A stretch of DNA of 64,000 nt, taken from the NCBI GenBank assembly GCA_032718475.1, contig JAUCBJ010009106.1, forward strand, positions 36,232 through 100,231, given 5' to 3'. This DNA comes from Nemertoderma westbladi. Taxonomy: Eukaryota; Animalia; Xenacoelomorpha. Shown piece by piece: positions 13,685 to 25,973 of this stretch. The notes under the pieces are model-generated. The model was not told where the DNA came from, did not search any database, and was given only the letters and a program-made list of their open reading frames with translations. The number at the start of each line of letters is the position of its first letter. The first letter of the stretch is position 1. A program made the position numbers and the translations under genes.

Positions 13685-15241
13685 GGTTGGTTACATTTAA
13701 AACGATGATTGACCGAGTTATTAACGTTCAACTATTCGGCAGTACAGAAATATTAAGGCTCAACTTACTTTGTGGCTCACCCCACAGTAATATATGTCCA
13801 ACAGCTGTAGTTGTGGCAGTCTGTAGTTCAGATAAAGAAAGCTAATACTGTAATAATCTACAAATTACAAAAACACGTACAGTACTACTTACCGGTACGT
13901 TACAGTTTTGCACATTACGGTACAACATGTAACAGGTATGTATACCTGTTGCCTGTTGTACCGTACCTGTAGGTATACCTGTTGCCTGGTATAACTATGA
14001 TATGTTGTATACAGTACAAAAATATTGCATAACCTACAACACACCATCAACCCTACAACACTATAACTACTAAACTAAAATATTGCACAGTACATAATAC
14101 TTCCCTATATAGTACGCTTGGAATATATGTAGGCCTACTCATAATTATAAACGTCGTATACGCATGGTTAAGGATAGAACCTACGCGTAGTTATGTGAAG
14201 CACCTACGCGTAGTTATGCGAAACATATATGTGTAGTTTGCGTAGGACGACTAGGACCTATGCGTAGTTCATGTTAGAACTCTGAACTGGTGATATGTGT
14301 CGAACTACGCGTAGGTTGAAAATATTTACACGAACTGCGGTCTGCCTCAGAATTGTTTGCTGTATAATATCCTACTGCGCTATACTGGTTGCTGGTTGAG
14401 GTTGATGCTGGATGCTGAGTACCGGTGCTGACAGACTGACTCGGCAACACATGGTAGGTATGCAGCAGTGTATGGCAGTACAGCAGTACCAGTAGCATGG
14501 CCATGCCAGTAGTAGTTCAGGTCCGTTATCCCTACCGCTGTACCGGTAGGCCTACTGCTGTACCGCGGTATTGATTTTGTTTGTGGTAGGTAATACTGTC
14601 TGACTGTAATAGGTATATCCAGATATCTTAGTATCTGAATATACCTGTATCTGTGTATACCGTTACTTCAGTAGGCCTACTTTACTACCGGCAACCTCTG
14701 GGTACCATATTATAAAATACTTGGCTTGTTTCGTTGGCTGCATACCACTGTATCTGTACCATGCATTTAATAACTGAATAATAATAACTGACAGACTGAA
14801 TAATGCAGTCTGTGGTCTGCTTCATACTGTCATACGTGTCACACACACACAGACACACACTGTCATACGGTTAGTTAAGCACCATTTTAGGCCCTATTTC
14901 ATAATTTGTTTGAGTACAGGACAGCAGGAGTAATGAGCTGATGAGTAGAGTCTGAGAGTACAGGCAGACAGGAGTATCCTACCTGTCTGCCTGTACGCGT
15001 AGCGTACGCTGTACACTGTAGGCCCTATCAACTGACCAATATTTTCTGCACATCCTGACATCTGTTACCAGGTAGTGAAGTAACCTAACCTATGGCTGTA
15101 TGGCAGGCCTACCGGTCAGCCGGTAGTTGGAATTTGAGCTGATCGTCTGATCAAGCTTTAAAATGTACGGCGCGTACTTGATAAATGCGCTAGCCGTACC
15201 GGAATTAATTACTGGTACCTATACAGCTATAGGGCCTATGC

Positions 15242-16008
15242 CAGGGATGGCAAAAACCATGGTTTTTTGAAAAAAAATTTAAGGTTTTGGTTTTATTGTT
15301 TGGTTTTTTATGGTTTTTTTCGGTTTTTTATGGTTTTTTATGGTTTTTCTGTGGTTTAATTAAATCCAATACCTGAATACAGCAATACATACAAATGTAG
15401 GGCCTACCCTACATACAACAGTCTGACAGTTGACAGTACAGCAGTACAACCCTTGCGCTTGCCCAATAGAACAATTTTTTTTGTTAACATTGAACAAACT
15501 TTTCATTAACATTGCAAAATGAACAGATGAAAAAGTCAAAACTCAAAGTGAGAGAAATTTGTCCATTCTAACAGCTGAAGCTGAACAGTGCAAAATGATA
15601 AGATAAAGAAACGCAAGCAAAACTCAAAGTGAGCGAAATTTTTTCCTTCTAACAGTGCAAAATGAAAAAGAAACGAGAGCAAAAACTCAAAGTGAGTGAA
15701 ATTTTTTCATTCTACATAGGCCCTATCCCCTATGTAACATCTGAACATGGCAAAATGAAAAAAAACGCGAGCAAAACTCAAAGTGTTCGAAATTTTCTCA
15801 TTCTAACAGCAGAACAGTGCAATAAAAAAAAGAAACGCGACTACCAGTCTGCTTTATATTATTTAGGCCTACAGCGTTAATTGTAAAATTTTATGAAAAA
15901 CCATAAAAAACCATAAAAAACCAATTTTTTCGCCTTTTTTTAAAAGTTGGTTAAACCAAAAAACCATAAAAAACCAATGGTGAGAAAAACCATTGGTTGC
16001 CAACCCTG
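15242..16008. mobile_element. hAT-type MITE with 8-bp TSD GCCTATGC
   Basis: TIRs cagggatggcaa.../...ttgccaaccctg. GCCTATGC at 15234-15241 and 16009-16016. Subterminal ggttttt/aaaaacc arrays and internal ~60-bp repeats. Confidence 0.92.
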
Positions 16009-16989
16009 GCCTATGCAGATAAAGCATATGGCGCAAATTTTTTTGCTGTACCGGTCTGCCGGCAGGCCTACACCTGCACAATCAGACAAGAACGGATAAA
16101 TAAATAAAATATGAAAATAAACGCAACTCTTGCTGTCTTGACGCAAGGCCTTTGTCCATAGTCTGATAGTCCATGTATGTCTATGGTCTATGTCTGTATG
16201 TCGCTAATTGTAAAAGGCCCGTCCTTCACAACCGGCACGCATTCAGCAGACAATTGATCCCAGATTTTACATAGACACAGAGCAGCAGAGACATTCTTGG
16301 AATTGGAATCGATAGCCTAAAGCTTAAAAAACCGTAAGTGGTTTATAATGCAGCATCATACAGTCATAGCAGCATAGGGTAATCGACGAACTATGAAAAA
16401 CGCATTTTAAGTGGTTTTACCACAAGCAAAGGGCTGATGGGGGGTAGGGCCTCTAGAGGAATCAACAAATTGTGAACCGGACCGGTAAGTGCTGAAGTGG
16501 TTTACCACGGCACACCGGACAGGCATAGGGAGAAACCAACTAGGCAACTACCCGTACCCACCGTATGCCGCAAATGTGAAATTACCTTGTTTCCGAATCC
16601 TACATTGGTGTTCCTGTAATAAGACGGCACTAGTGTCAAATAGGGGACCCTCCTAATCGAAGTAATCTGCTAACTGAAATCACCTGCTAATCCTGATATT
16701 TACCAAGGTGATAACAATATTCCTAACTCTCGTTTATTGTTTTGGTTCCTTTCAACTCGCATCCCCTATTTGACACAAATTCCAATAAGACATTGTCAAT
16801 GTCAGACTGTAGGCTATTCTGGAACATGTTGTATATTTGTGTTGTCAGGCTTAAGGGCGAAGGTTGCAGCCAACCTTTACCTGTACTTATTTAGGTTACC
16901 GGTACCTACTATTATGCTTGCCATTCAAAACATTCTTTATTTTTCTATAAACATGATTGTAGTTTAACATAATATATTTTATAATTATC

Positions 16990-19900
16990 ATGTCAGAAGG
17001 AATTAATATACCACAAACGGGTGTATCTCACACTGGAGAGAATTCACTACAGAGTTCATCCAATACCTCACCAGTACATGCAGCAGCAGCGCCGAGTCAA
17101 CAGGGCCTATCGAACACCTCATCAGCCAATACTGCGTCAGGTCCACCCAACACCACCCCAAGCCATGTTGCACCAGGTCAGCAGTACCAGCGACAGGCTA
17201 ACCAAAGCAACAGGACCAGAGGCACTGGTATGCCTGGTTACCAACAACACAACCCACGACCAACTTTGGAGCAAATGAAACGCATCCATGAATCACAGCA
17301 GAGAAACGCCAACATCAGCCGACGTACCATAGACTATAACTCATCCATAACTCTACTGTTAGAGAACCGCATCTGGCAGAGATCATGTAGCGATCGGCAC
17401 ATTATTCAGCCATCTGGGATGTATGCACCACTTATAACAGTACCAGCGGGATATTTAGAAAACCCATCTAATGCCATTGCAACAAAATTCTGCAGACAGA
17501 GTGTTAATAAGTTTCGGTGCCCAATATTCTGTGTGTCATGGACACCAGATGGCAAACGGCTAGTAACTGGAGCAAGCAGTGGAGAATTTACCCTCTGGAA
17601 TGGTATTCAGTTTAACTTTGAGACAATATTACAAGCCCATGATGGTCCCATAAGAGCTTTGAAGTGGAGTAATGATGCCCAATGGATGATATCAGGTGAT
17701 CACAATGGTTTCATAAAATACTGGCAAAACAATATGAATAACGTAAAGATGTTTCAGGCTCACAAAGATGTCATTCGTGATGTTACTTTTTGTCCTCTTA
17801 ACAGCAAATTCGCATCTTGTTCAGATGATGGAACAGTGCGAATTTGGGATTTCTTTAGATTTCATGAAGAACGTATTCTACGAGGACATGGAACTGATGT
17901 GAAATGTGTGGACTGGCATCCAACTCTCAGTGTTCTTGTTTCAGGGAGTAAAGATGCCCAACAACCCATGAAATTGTGGGATGGCAGGACTGGGACACCA
18001 CTGGCAACTCTTCATGGTCACAAAAATACTGTTCTTAAAACACTGTGGAACCGTAATGGTAACTGGCTTCTGACAGCCAGTCGTGACCATTTGTGTAAAA
18101 TATGGGACATAAGAATGCTAAAGGAGATTCAGACTATGAGAGGACACCGCAAGGAGGTTTACAGTGCTGCATGGCATCCAATACATGAAACATTATTCTC
18201 ATCGGGTGGTCTAGATGGTAGTATTTACTATTGGATGGTTGGCACTGACAAGGAGATTGCATGCATGGAAGAGGCACATGAAAACATTATATGGGATATG
18301 GACTGGCACCCTCTGGGTCATGTTCTAGCAACTGGATCTAATGACCACAATACAAAATTCTGGACTCGCAATCGCCCTGGTGATTCAATGCAAGACAGAT
18401 ATAACCGACCTGCTGTTGGCCCTATGCGCCCATTTACAACAGCCATACCAACACCGACTGAGGATGGGTTTGAAGATGGCGAAGTGGAAGCAGATGTGTC
18501 TATACCAGGAATGGGGCTGGAGGATGGTCAAGTATGGGATGAGCATGAAAGGTTCGGAGGTACAGGACAGGAAAGTATTCTTCCTGGATTACAATTCAGT
18601 AAGGAGGATTTGCAAGAGCTCGAACTACAGAGAGAGGTAGCCAGTGGATTGAGGCACAATAAGTTAATTCCATCTAGGGAGAGAGGCAGACCCAGACAAT
18701 TCAGACAACCAAAACTGGACCCACGATTCCAAGCCATGTGGAATCAGTACAAACAACCACATCTTGAAAGAACGGGTGTGCCTCAATTTGAGTCAGGGCC
18801 TTCGCTACCTTCCTTATTAGATCTTGAATTTGATGCTGATGCCGATGACATGTTTTCAGGAAAAGGTGTTGGGATTGATGGTGGTGGTAGTATAGATATG
18901 CTGGGGAGACAATCAGCTTGGGAACCTAGTGGTGAGCTAATTCCAGAATATCAACATGGCGGAGAGGAATTTGGGTTACCAGTATTTGGGAGTACAGTGC
19001 CTCCTTTTAGATCACAAGGAAGGGGCAGACTTGGGCATATGCGAGGGAGGGAACATGATCAGGATGATAGCAGTGGCAGAGGGGGTAAGCGCGGACGATT
19101 TGGCGATGTGGATAGAGATATAGTAGATCCAGTGGATGTGGATGAGGATGGGATATATCCAGAACAAAATGTTCGAGTCATGCGCGGATCTGGAGATCAG
19201 CAAAGAGGTTTCCGTGGAGGTCGTTTTCGAGGTCACAGAGGGGAACGAGGTAGAGGGGCATTTGGGGAAGGAGGAATGGGTAGAGGAATGTTTGGAGATG
19301 AAAGTGCAGGAGTGCATGATGAACGAGGAGGTGGTGAGTATATTAGAGGAATGGGTGGTGATAGGGGTCGATTTATGCGTGGAGATAGAGGAAGAGGTCT
19401 GCTTGGAAATATGGGGGGAGGTATTGGAAGGGATAGAGGTAGGGGGTATGGTGGAGAGAGAGGTAGGGGGGTGGGGGGAGAAAGGGGCAGGGGGTATAGT
19501 GGAGAGAGAGGTAGGGGGCTGGGGGGAGAAGGTGGCAGTGGGATGGGGGGAGAAAGGGGTAGGGGTTATAGTGGAGAGAGAGGTAGGGGGTTGGGGGGAG
19601 AAGGGGGTAGTGGGATGGGGGGAGAAAGGGGTAGGGGTTATAGTGGAGAGAGAGGTAGGGGGTTGGGGGGAGAAGGGGGTAGTGGGAGTGGGGGGAGAAA
19701 GGGGTAGGGGGTATAGTGGAGAGAGAGGTAGGGGGTTGGGGGGAGAAGGGGGTAGTGGGATGGGGGGAGAAAGGGGTAGGGGGTATAGTGGAGAGAGAGG
19801 TAGGGGGTTGGGGGGAGAAAGAGGCAGGGGGATGGGGGGAGAAAGGGTTAGGGGGGTGGGTGGAGATATCAGAAGAGGCACGGGAGGAATCCGGGGTAGA

Positions 19901-20068
19901 GGAATGGGCAGACAAACCGGAGATGGATTACCTACAGGTAGTTCAGAAGATATGACCGAGAGAGGAAATGAAAGCGTCGAATTTAGTACTGAAAGAGGAG
20001 GAAGTGCTAGAGGTATAAGAGGACGCGGTGGAAGGGACAGGGGTCCTAGAGGTAGATCTGGAAGATGA
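16990..20068 (+). CDS. WDR33: WDR33/Pfs2 pre-mRNA 3'-end processing WD40 protein, single-exon CDS with RGG-rich tail (1-nt frameshift near 19688)
   Basis: ORF 16990..19707 has [56 protein letters not shown] and [10 protein letters not shown], all diagnostic. The GERGRG repeat continues in another frame to TGA at 20068. Confidence 0.95.
19430..19860 (+). repeat. Coding 72-bp tandem repeat ([24 protein letters not shown])
   Basis: Unit visible at 19549-19620 and repeated about 5-6 times. Confidence 0.85.
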
Positions 20069-20239
20069 TAACAAATATTGTGGTTATGTGCTGTGTAAAA
20101 CCAAAACTCGGAACTTATGTCAATATTTAGGAATTCCTATGCCATTTGTATTGTATTTAGTATATAAATATACATATTATAACATTACATACATATTTGT
20201 TTATTGTTGCATACATATTTTGCCATTTCGGAAATGTTC

Positions 20240-20500
20240 AGGCTGACCAGGTGCATAGAGCGTTGGTCTTACAACCGGAGGGTAGTGAGTTCAACACCAA
20301 GAAAATGTACAGCCCAGTTTTCGTTAAGCTGTTCACTCTAAGGATCTAGCTTAGGCACACCCAGCTGTAATGGGAACATGGCATATGCCTTTGGAATAAA
20401 GATAAGGAAGTGGTAGTGTATTCGAACTGAGAGTGAGTGTAGCGCCCTCCCTGCTTTAAAGGTAACAGGCAAGAGAGAGGAGTCTTCGGATTGCCTCCGG
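20240..20500 (+). mobile_element. Degenerate tRNA-derived SINE
   Basis: A-box-like head, B-box-like gagttcaacacc, and cacccagctgtaatggg conserved-core-like motif. Confidence 0.55.
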
Positions 20501-20636
20501 TGGTTTGTGTTTTTCACGTTCGCCGATTATTTTAGGTAGTACTTCACTCAATGTAACCGTTGACTTGCAGTGAGGCGCCTACTAACAAACTACACATGGA
20601 GTTTACTCGCTGTAAGTTACCAGTATTTCTACTTAC

Positions 20637-20838
20637 CTTCAGCTAACTTTGCCATCAGCTGTAAGCGACCAGTGGTATTGAGTTCTATTCCACCCCTATC
20701 CAGTTCATCGTGGTCCAGAGATCCACCAAATACGCCATCGGTTCTTTCTGTCACATTGTTCACCTTCATGGCTCGCCCCGCTAGTTCGAACCCGTTTAGT
20801 TGCTCCATGGCTCGCTTGGCACAGTCCCCCTCGAAGAA
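20637..20838 (-). CDS. RBM39: RBM39 exon, RRM2 C-half and linker (AKRAMEQLNGFELAGRAMKV...TTGRLQLMAKLAE)
   Basis: ORF 20629..20865, conserved RBM39 linker. ttgcag acceptor and GTAAGT donor, 202 nt. Confidence 0.97.
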
Positions 20839-21194
20839 CTGCAACAAAGAGTAGACGTAGACCACTAATTACAATAGCGCAAAATAGTAAGAACTGAAAC
20901 AAAGAGTAGATGTAGACCACTAATTACAATAGCGCAAAATAGTAGAACGTTTATTTCAATATCTAAAAATAAATATTATATATTATACTATCTATAAATA
21001 TTAAGTTTCACTTTCAATTAAATCGGGCCAAACAACCGTTCCGAAAAATAAATAAAAATAATAATAAATAATCCACACTTTATTGTAGTCTTATAAAGTA
21101 ATGTAATCTTGAAAAAACTTTACTCATCCGCTTCTTACAAAGTGATATAAATGCCGGTATAAACACGGTAGATCTTTACAAAGTTAAAGTAATG

Positions 21195-22372
21195 AGAATA
21201 CGGGTTGAGTGACCCGAGTATTTTCTACTACGGGTTGAGTGACCCGAGTATTTTCTACTACGGGTTGAGTGACCCGAGTATTTTCTACTACGGGTTGAGT
21301 GACCCGAGTATTTTCTACTACGGGTTGAGTGACCCGAGTATTTTCTACTACGGGTTGAGTGACCCGAGTATTTTCTACTACGGGTTGAGTGACCTGAGTA
21401 TTTTCTACTACGGGTTGAGTGACCCGAGTATTTTCTAATACGGGTTGAGTGACCCGAGTATTTTCTACTACGGGTTGAGTGACCCGAGTATTTTCTACTA
21501 CGGGTTGAGTGACCCGAGTATTTTCTACTACGGGTTGAGTGACCCGAGTATTTTCTAATACGGGTTGAGTGACCCGAGTATTTTCTACTACGCGTTGAGT
21601 GACCCGAGTATTTTCTAATACGGGTTGAGTGACCCGAGTATTTTCTACTACGCGTTGAGTGACCCGAGTATTTTCTACTACGGGTTGAGTGACCCGAGTA
21701 TTTTCTAATACGGGTTGAGTGACCCGAGTATTTTCTACTACGGGTTGAGTGACCCGAGTATTTTCTACTACGGGTTGAGTGACCCGAGTATTTTCTACTA
21801 CGGGTTGAGTGACCCGAGTATTTTCTAATACGGGTTGAGTGACCCGAGTATTTTCTACTACGCGTTGAGTGACCCGAGTATTTTCTACTACGGGTTGAGT
21901 GACCCGAGTATTTTCTACTACGGGTTGAGTGACCCGAGTATTTTCTACTACGCGTTGAGTGACCCGAGTATTTTCTACTACGGGTTGAGTGACCCGAGTA
22001 TTTTCTACTACGGGTTGAGTGACCCGAGTATTTTCTACTACGCGTTGAGTGACCCGAGTATTTTCTACTACGCGTTGAGTGACCCGAGTATTTTCTACTA
22101 CGGGTTGAGTGACCCGAGTATTTTCTACTACGCGTTGAGTGACCCGAGTATTTTCTACTACGCGTTGAGTGACCCGAGTATTTTCTACTACGCATTGAGT
22201 GACCCGAGTATTTTCTACTACGCGTTGAGTGACCCGAGTATTTTCTACTACGCGTTGAGTGACCCGAGTATTTTCTACTACGCATTGAGTGACCCGAGTA
22301 TTTTCTACTACGCGTTGAGTGACCCGAGTATTTTCTACTACGGGTTGAGTGACCCGAGTATTTTCTACTCAC
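21195..22372. repeat. 30-bp tandem repeat (cgggttgagtgacccgagtattttctacta), about 39 copies, starting at an RBM39 5' splice site
   Basis: Direct reading. The array fills most of the intron 20839-22372. Confidence 0.98.
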
Positions 22373-22732
22373 AGTTATAAATCCATATCCTTTTGATCTT
22401 TTAGTCTCTGGATCGTATATCAACTGGATGCTTTCTATACGTCCGAACGGCTCGAATATATCTCGAAGCATCTTTTCGGTGATATTAAAGTGAAGAGAGC
22501 CAACGTACAATCTCATTGGTCCTGTAACACCCCGTTGAAGACTCAGTGTACTAGAAGCGGTTCTGTTTTTCTCAGCTTGGGTCGCCTGTACTTGTATGGG
22601 GACCCCCAGTAAACTCTGACCGGCTAGACCGATAGCTAGAGGTACACTCTCTGGTTCCTCGAATTCAACGTAACATATTCCCTTGTGGGTTCGGCGAACG
22701 TTCTTATCTCCAATAAGTCGCACATCAAACAC
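22373..22732 (-). CDS. RBM39: RBM39 exon, RRM1 C-half and RRM2 N-half (VFDVRLIGDK...GPMRLYVGSLHFNITE...SKGYGFIT)
   Basis: N-terminal part of ORF 21176..22756. Canonical RBM39 motifs. 360 nt, AG acceptor and GTGAGT donor. Confidence 0.97.
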
Positions 22733-23892
22733 CTTAAAAATAAGGGGAAAAAACAAAATAAAAAGGTGAATTCAGCTTCTCGGGTTTAAATGAAATTGAA
22801 AATACGATTATTTATTTAGATTGCGTCTGAACGATTATTAGCTTTTCCAGTTGTCATGGTTTTCTTCACAACCCATAAACACAAAAATATAACCAACAGT
22901 AAACAACCTCCTGAATTAGCCGACATGCAGTAATTCAATTAATCCACTCAGAGTAGATGTGAAATCAACGGAAACTAGCCGTTTCATCTATACCAGCGGG
23001 AGTGTATCGGTAGTGCAGGGATACAATAATGTCGTAGGTGTGTATGAATGGAGATGGGTTTATTAGTGAGAGAGAATAAGGGGTGGGTGAGGGGGGGGGG
23101 AGTGGGTAAGGGGTGGGGGGGGGGGGGGTGAGTGGGTGGGGGGGGTGTTGGAGGAATACAGTCATTGAGGGGATCTGGATGCAGGTCGGCCGCGCTGGTT
23201 TAGAACAAAACGACAGTCTGCTAATATTCGCCTTTGTTCATCACTGTGGATAGGCTGACAACGTGGCGAGCAGCTAATCATCCCACTGACCAATCAGAGC
23301 TCTGTGTCTACCCTCACACAAACAACACGGACCCGTTCGTAAAGGGAGCGATTCAGATTGAAAACTAAGTATCATATCCCAATGTTCGGAGGAACGAATT
23401 CATCCTGGGATTATCAGTTTTATTGTTATCCACACACCGCTGCACCAATACACCACAACACACCGCTGCACCAATACACCAGACACACTCAGTAGATACG
23501 GGGATTCTGATTGGTTAGCAGGATAACAGCTACTTACCACTAACAGCCAGGCATCAGAATATTGCTACTTTAGTAACAATTGCAGCCAATCACGAGACTA
23601 ATTATAATCCCAAAGCTAGCTTTCATCATTTGCCGAAATACAAACTAGTGAACACTAGTTAATAAAAGTTAATTTTTTCCGCTCGATTTGCTATAGAGTT
23701 GGATCATTCAAAGTCCTGTTTAAATTACTTAATACTAATAAACAAATTTTGTATAAATATAACATTACTCGATAAATATTAAATATTTTCTCATATTTCT
23801 CGAGATATTGTATTTTAGAAGCTGAATTGTGGGTACCATTCAGTGCCTCAGCTGGAATGTAATAATAATATCGGAATGATCACTATGGTTAC

Positions 23893-24145
23893 CTTTCCGA
23901 CAGAAGAGAAGAACTCGTGAATATCCTTGGAGGTAATCCTGGCAGCCAACTGGAAACAGAACACAGTCCTTGCGTCGCGTTCCTCTTGGCTGAAGTGGAT
24001 GTTGGGACCGTCCTTCCGACCCATAGGGGAAGGACTGCGGCGTTGCCAGCCGCCACCACCCCCGCCACCCCACCCGGGGCGATACGGGGCGCCACCCCCA
24101 CGACGCCACTGTGGCGGCGGAGATCTGCGCCACCCTTGGGGGGAC
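23893..24145 (-). CDS. RBM39: RBM39 exon, end of RS/Gly region and start of RRM1 (EERDARTVFCFQLAARITSKDIHEFFSSVGK)
   Basis: Diagnostic RBM39/RBM23 RRM1 motif. AG/GT bounded, 253 nt, phase 2-0. Confidence 0.95.
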
Positions 24146-24494
24146 CTACGGAGATAGATAATGGAAATAATATCTTATAACTGAGTGAATAGTTAATATA
24201 GAAATGTACGTATAAAGGCAATATTAACCGTCAGTGGTTAAATTGAGGATGTGCGTATGAACACCCGCCAGAGACTATATCTATTATTACACTTGGAAGG
24301 TTTTTATTCAAATTTTGGTCCATCGAAATCAATGTGACACTTTTCGATTTGATTGTAAAACTTCCAATTTTTTGAACTAAAAGCTTTTTGAACTATGGTT
24401 AATATATTGATGTCAGTTTTTCAACAATAGTTCTCCCTCCTGCACCACTCCCTCCTGTACCGGAACCTTGTACACCAAGGTGAGTTAGGTTCCA

Positions 24495-24730
24495 CCTTGG
24501 TGTAGTGGTTGCGTTGAATTCACATCTCCCGTAGGTCGTGGGTTCGATCCTTACACAGGCCAGGGCAGTTTTCGTTTCGGCACGAATGCTTTAAAGGGAC
24601 CAGCCAGGGCGCATCTCTGCCTTGCATCCTTTAAGTGGTAGCTAAATGAGTACTGGAGTTTCCTCTGGGGAGTAAAGTTCTGGGGGGACCGCACTGAAAA
24701 TAAGTCGTCAGACTTTGTGCGTAATCCCCG
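24495..24730 (+). mobile_element. tRNA-derived SINE with Nin/Deu-like core
   Basis: A box tggtgtagtgg, B box ggttcgatcc, core ctctgccttgcatcc...taaatgagtac. Confidence 0.7.
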
Positions 24731-24767
24731 AATGGTTTATATATTATGCCTATGTAATAGGACATTT

Positions 24768-25197
24768 TGATAATGCTCTCCATAGCGAAAAATATCAACC
24801 GCCCCTGGTCCGGTTATCATCAGTCGGGTGGGTGTCCTAAGACAACTGAGCTACCAGAATGAATGAATATTTATTCGCTATGGAGTGGGCTATCATATTT
24901 TGGCCTTTTACAGATACTCAAAGTGAAGTACAACACGGAATATAGTTATTCTTTGAGGCATGGTTGCCATTTCTGGATGAGCACGGGAATAACGTTGTAC
25001 TTACCTTTCAGTGACTGTAAAAGGCCACGATATTGTAGCCCACTCAATTGCGAATAAATACTCATCCGCCCTGGTAGCTCAGTTGTATTGCAGTAGGACA
25101 CCCACCCGGGTGATGATAACCGGAAGTTTGAAATCTAGATACCGGGTCGAGCCCCAATAGGGGCGGTTGATATTTTTTGCTATGGAGAGCATTATCA
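24768..25197. mobile_element. Two copies of a tRNA-like SINE in inverted orientation (24768-24857 minus, 25067-25197 plus)
   Basis: The ctggtagctcagttg, ggacacccaccc and gggcggttgatattttt...ctatggagagcattatca blocks occur in both orientations. Confidence 0.75.
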
Positions 25198-25724
25198 TAA
25201 TGTAATATAACATATATTTAATTTGCCGTCACCCACCCCACAACAATTCATTTATAATTCCAACCTTTTATTCTTCGGGAGATTCAAAAAATCCAAGCGC
25301 CACCATGTATTGAGTAGTCAGTCAAGTCATAAAAAGTGTTGAGATAAGTTCATTTTATTCAGGAAAATTGACATTGTAGTGCCGTGAAATAAAGTGACAG
25401 AATATGCGACAAAGTACGTGATGTTATTCGACACTTGGGACAAAATACACGAAGGTCGGGCAAAGATGCCAAAATAAATCCTCAGTTAAAAATCCATTTA
25501 GTTGTGTAAAATAAAGTGTAATTTCTGGAATGATTAGCAATGCAATCCTAAAAGATAATCTGAATTAGTTACGGTGAACTATTAGCTGAATATAACCTCT
25601 CGCCATAATCGCAATAAATTTATTGTTAATCTGTAATTGTGTATTATACTCTGTATATTTGTTCCTTTTGAAATTGACCCCGCCTGGGGGTGTATATTAT
25701 AATATTATAAGTTGAAGTACTTAC

Positions 25725-25973
25725 CGTCTTCCGGAGCGGTATGGGCTCCGTCTTCTGGGCGGAGTTCGGGATCTCCGTCGACGTCCCGGGGACGAACGCC
25801 TTCGACCGGGGCTGCGAGACCGTCTACGGTGGGGACTCGAACGTCTGTGAGGGGAAGGGGACCGGCGTCTGTGCGGGGAAGGGGACCGGCGTCTGTGTGG
25901 GGAAGGAGACCGCCGCCGGGAACGGGAGGGCGATGTGCGACCTCTGGGAGAGTGGGAACGCCGTGTAGACCGT
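25725..25973 (-). CDS. RBM39: RBM39 RS-rich exon (RSTRRSHSPRGRTSPSRSRRRSPSPHRRRSPSP...)
   Basis: Pyrimidine tract + AG acceptor and GTAAGT donor. 249 nt, phase 2-2, open Arg/Ser/Pro-rich frame (a different frame from the ORF track calls). Confidence 0.85.

Noticed and set aside
21176-22756. 526-aa ORF as a real single-exon gene
   Set aside because: Only 22373-22732 is an RBM39 exon. The rest is intronic repeat (kept as a finding only for possible intron retention).
23600-23640. Further hammerhead cores (gaaagctagc here; cgaaacgttg at about 27985 minus and 36100)
   Set aside because: No properly placed CUGANGA or stem II. The 36100 case lies in an RBM39 exon.
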